From assembly GCF_046119375.1 (NCBI RefSeq), contig NW_027362765.1, positions 199,330,001 through 199,394,000 of the forward strand: a DNA stretch of 64,000 nt, read 5' to 3'. The position numbers were made by a program, and so were the translations under genes. The notes under the pieces are model-generated. The model was not told the DNA's origin. It saw only the letters and a list, made by a program, of their open reading frames with translations, and made no database searches. Origin of the DNA: Phyllobates terribilis. Taxonomy: Eukaryota. Every line of letters starts with the position of its first letter. Within the stretch, counting starts at the first letter, position 1. This document shows positions 62,698-64,000 of this stretch, piece after piece.

Positions 62698-63427
62698 ATG
62701 CAGTTTCTGTCACCAGTCCTCCATTTGTTTCTTGGAGCCGTTACCCTCCTCTGGTTGAGATGGAGGCAAGGGTTCCACGGCCTTTCCAGAGTTTTGGTTA
62801 ACGGTGAACAATTTGGCTAAAGTGGCATACCGGGGCAAGTATACTTCTCTTTCCCCAATGTTTAGGATGCAGACGGGTACCCTCCCATGGCGTACATCGA
62901 CCACCCCCCGTGCTGTCAAAATGGTGGGCCTACTGTCTGAGTAGACGGGTTCTACCATGGCTTGGTAGTCCCTTCCTCTTAACCCGATTGCAGTCCGGCA
63001 CCAGATCATCATCTCACTTTTTGGGGGCATGGCGATAGGGAACGGGTCACTCATCCTTACACTACCAATCTCACCACCAGACAGTTCTACCTCTTGCCTT
63101 TTCATCAGGGCTCTGATCTCTTTTTGTAGGACACGCTGCTGGGTGGAGCTGGCGTTCACCGCAACCTGCTGTAATATGAAAATTATCTCTGCAAGACAAT
63201 ATTCAATAAAATTAGTACCCAAGGTTATCTTAGGGTGGCTTTCACGACGGTCAATGTCCACAATAATTAGTCCTTGCGCTGGCAGTTCAACTTTACCAAT
63301 TTTGATGGTCACCTCTTTGAATCCCACCTGCGGTACGGGCTAACCATTGCTGGCGATGATGCTCAAATCGTCATCTGGGTAGCGGGTAATATCCGAGTCA
63401 TTCCAGTACCGCTTAAAAAGCACATAC

Positions 63428-64000
63428 TGTTATGTTCTGCTACCAAAGCTAAGGAAAGAGAGGAGATCTGTCCCTACTATAAGACTCAGCTGAATCCCTA
63501 CGATGTAACAGGGAACCTGATCCTGCGATCAGACCTGCTAAAGTCCTAATCTAGTCTGTACGGAGACCTATAGATGTGAGGAGGGAATCCCTACAAGTAC
63601 TAAGGACTGGGAGGAATATGGGACACCTCCTAACAGAAATAGTAGCAGACAGACGAACAAACAAAATAGATAGAACATAGAGGTCCGTAGACCAAGCAAA
63701 CTAACAGAGTTAGATACAGAGCACAGGCTAGCTAGAAAGTAGATATACAATGAAGTCCAGCAAAGCCAGAAGGGCGGAGCAGGATTAAATAGGCCAACAA
63801 GGTCATGTGACCAGCAAAGGAAAAAAAACCTAACAGCAAGGTTCTAACAGTACCCCCCCTTCTAAGAGGATCCTCCGGATCCCCTAGGACCAGGCTTATC
63901 AGGAAATCTCCTGTGAAACGCTCTGATAAGTCTGGACGCGGAAACATCATCTGACCTCACCCAAGAGTTATCCTCGGGTCCGAAACCTTTCCAGGCCACA
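63428..64000 (-). mobile_element. Chromovirus (Gypsy) 3' end: 422-bp LTR 63428-63849, PPT, chromodomain C-terminus 63862-63999
   Basis: TGTTAG...TAACA LTR, G-rich PPT at 63850-63861, VAWKGFGPEDNSWV..RLIRAFH chromodomain. Confidence 0.85.

Larger units (their letters stand above)
57796..63427 (-). mobile_element. Ty3/Gypsy LTR retrotransposon, 3' portion (pol, PPT and 3' LTR); 5' part interrupted
   Basis: LTR 57796-58811 (TGTGGC...GTCA), PPT AGGGGGGAA at 58812-58820, pol in RT-RH-IN order. Confidence 0.92.

Overview
Repeat-dense vertebrate genomic DNA, most likely a frog (inferred from the SINE, MITE, Tc1 and Gypsy repertoire). Three host genes are supported: glycogenin-2 (GYG2; + strand, 8 coding exons, 10453-20626), a claudin-12 family gene (- strand, single coding exon, 41874-42608) and a 5-finger C2H2 zinc-finger gene (- strand, 52305-53021). 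The rest is layered transposons. These include a young, complete, pol-less LTR element (2912-7674) whose only long ORF ends in a cold-shock (Y-box-like) domain, a related Gypsy element with pol (57796-63427) interrupted by a chromovirus, and a Penelope element split over about 17 kb by DIRS, hAT, Tc1, L1 and MITE insertions. GYG2 intron 5 carries a minimal hammerhead ribozyme with a mutated core. The most notable signal is that the two diverged LTR families share a covarying U5 pseudoknot whose loop carries a Y-box/CSD-type RNA motif, plus a second tRNA-Ser PBS-like site and a site complementary to the tRNA 5' end, while one family encodes a CSD protein. All calls come from reading the sequence by eye; no searches or folding programs were run.
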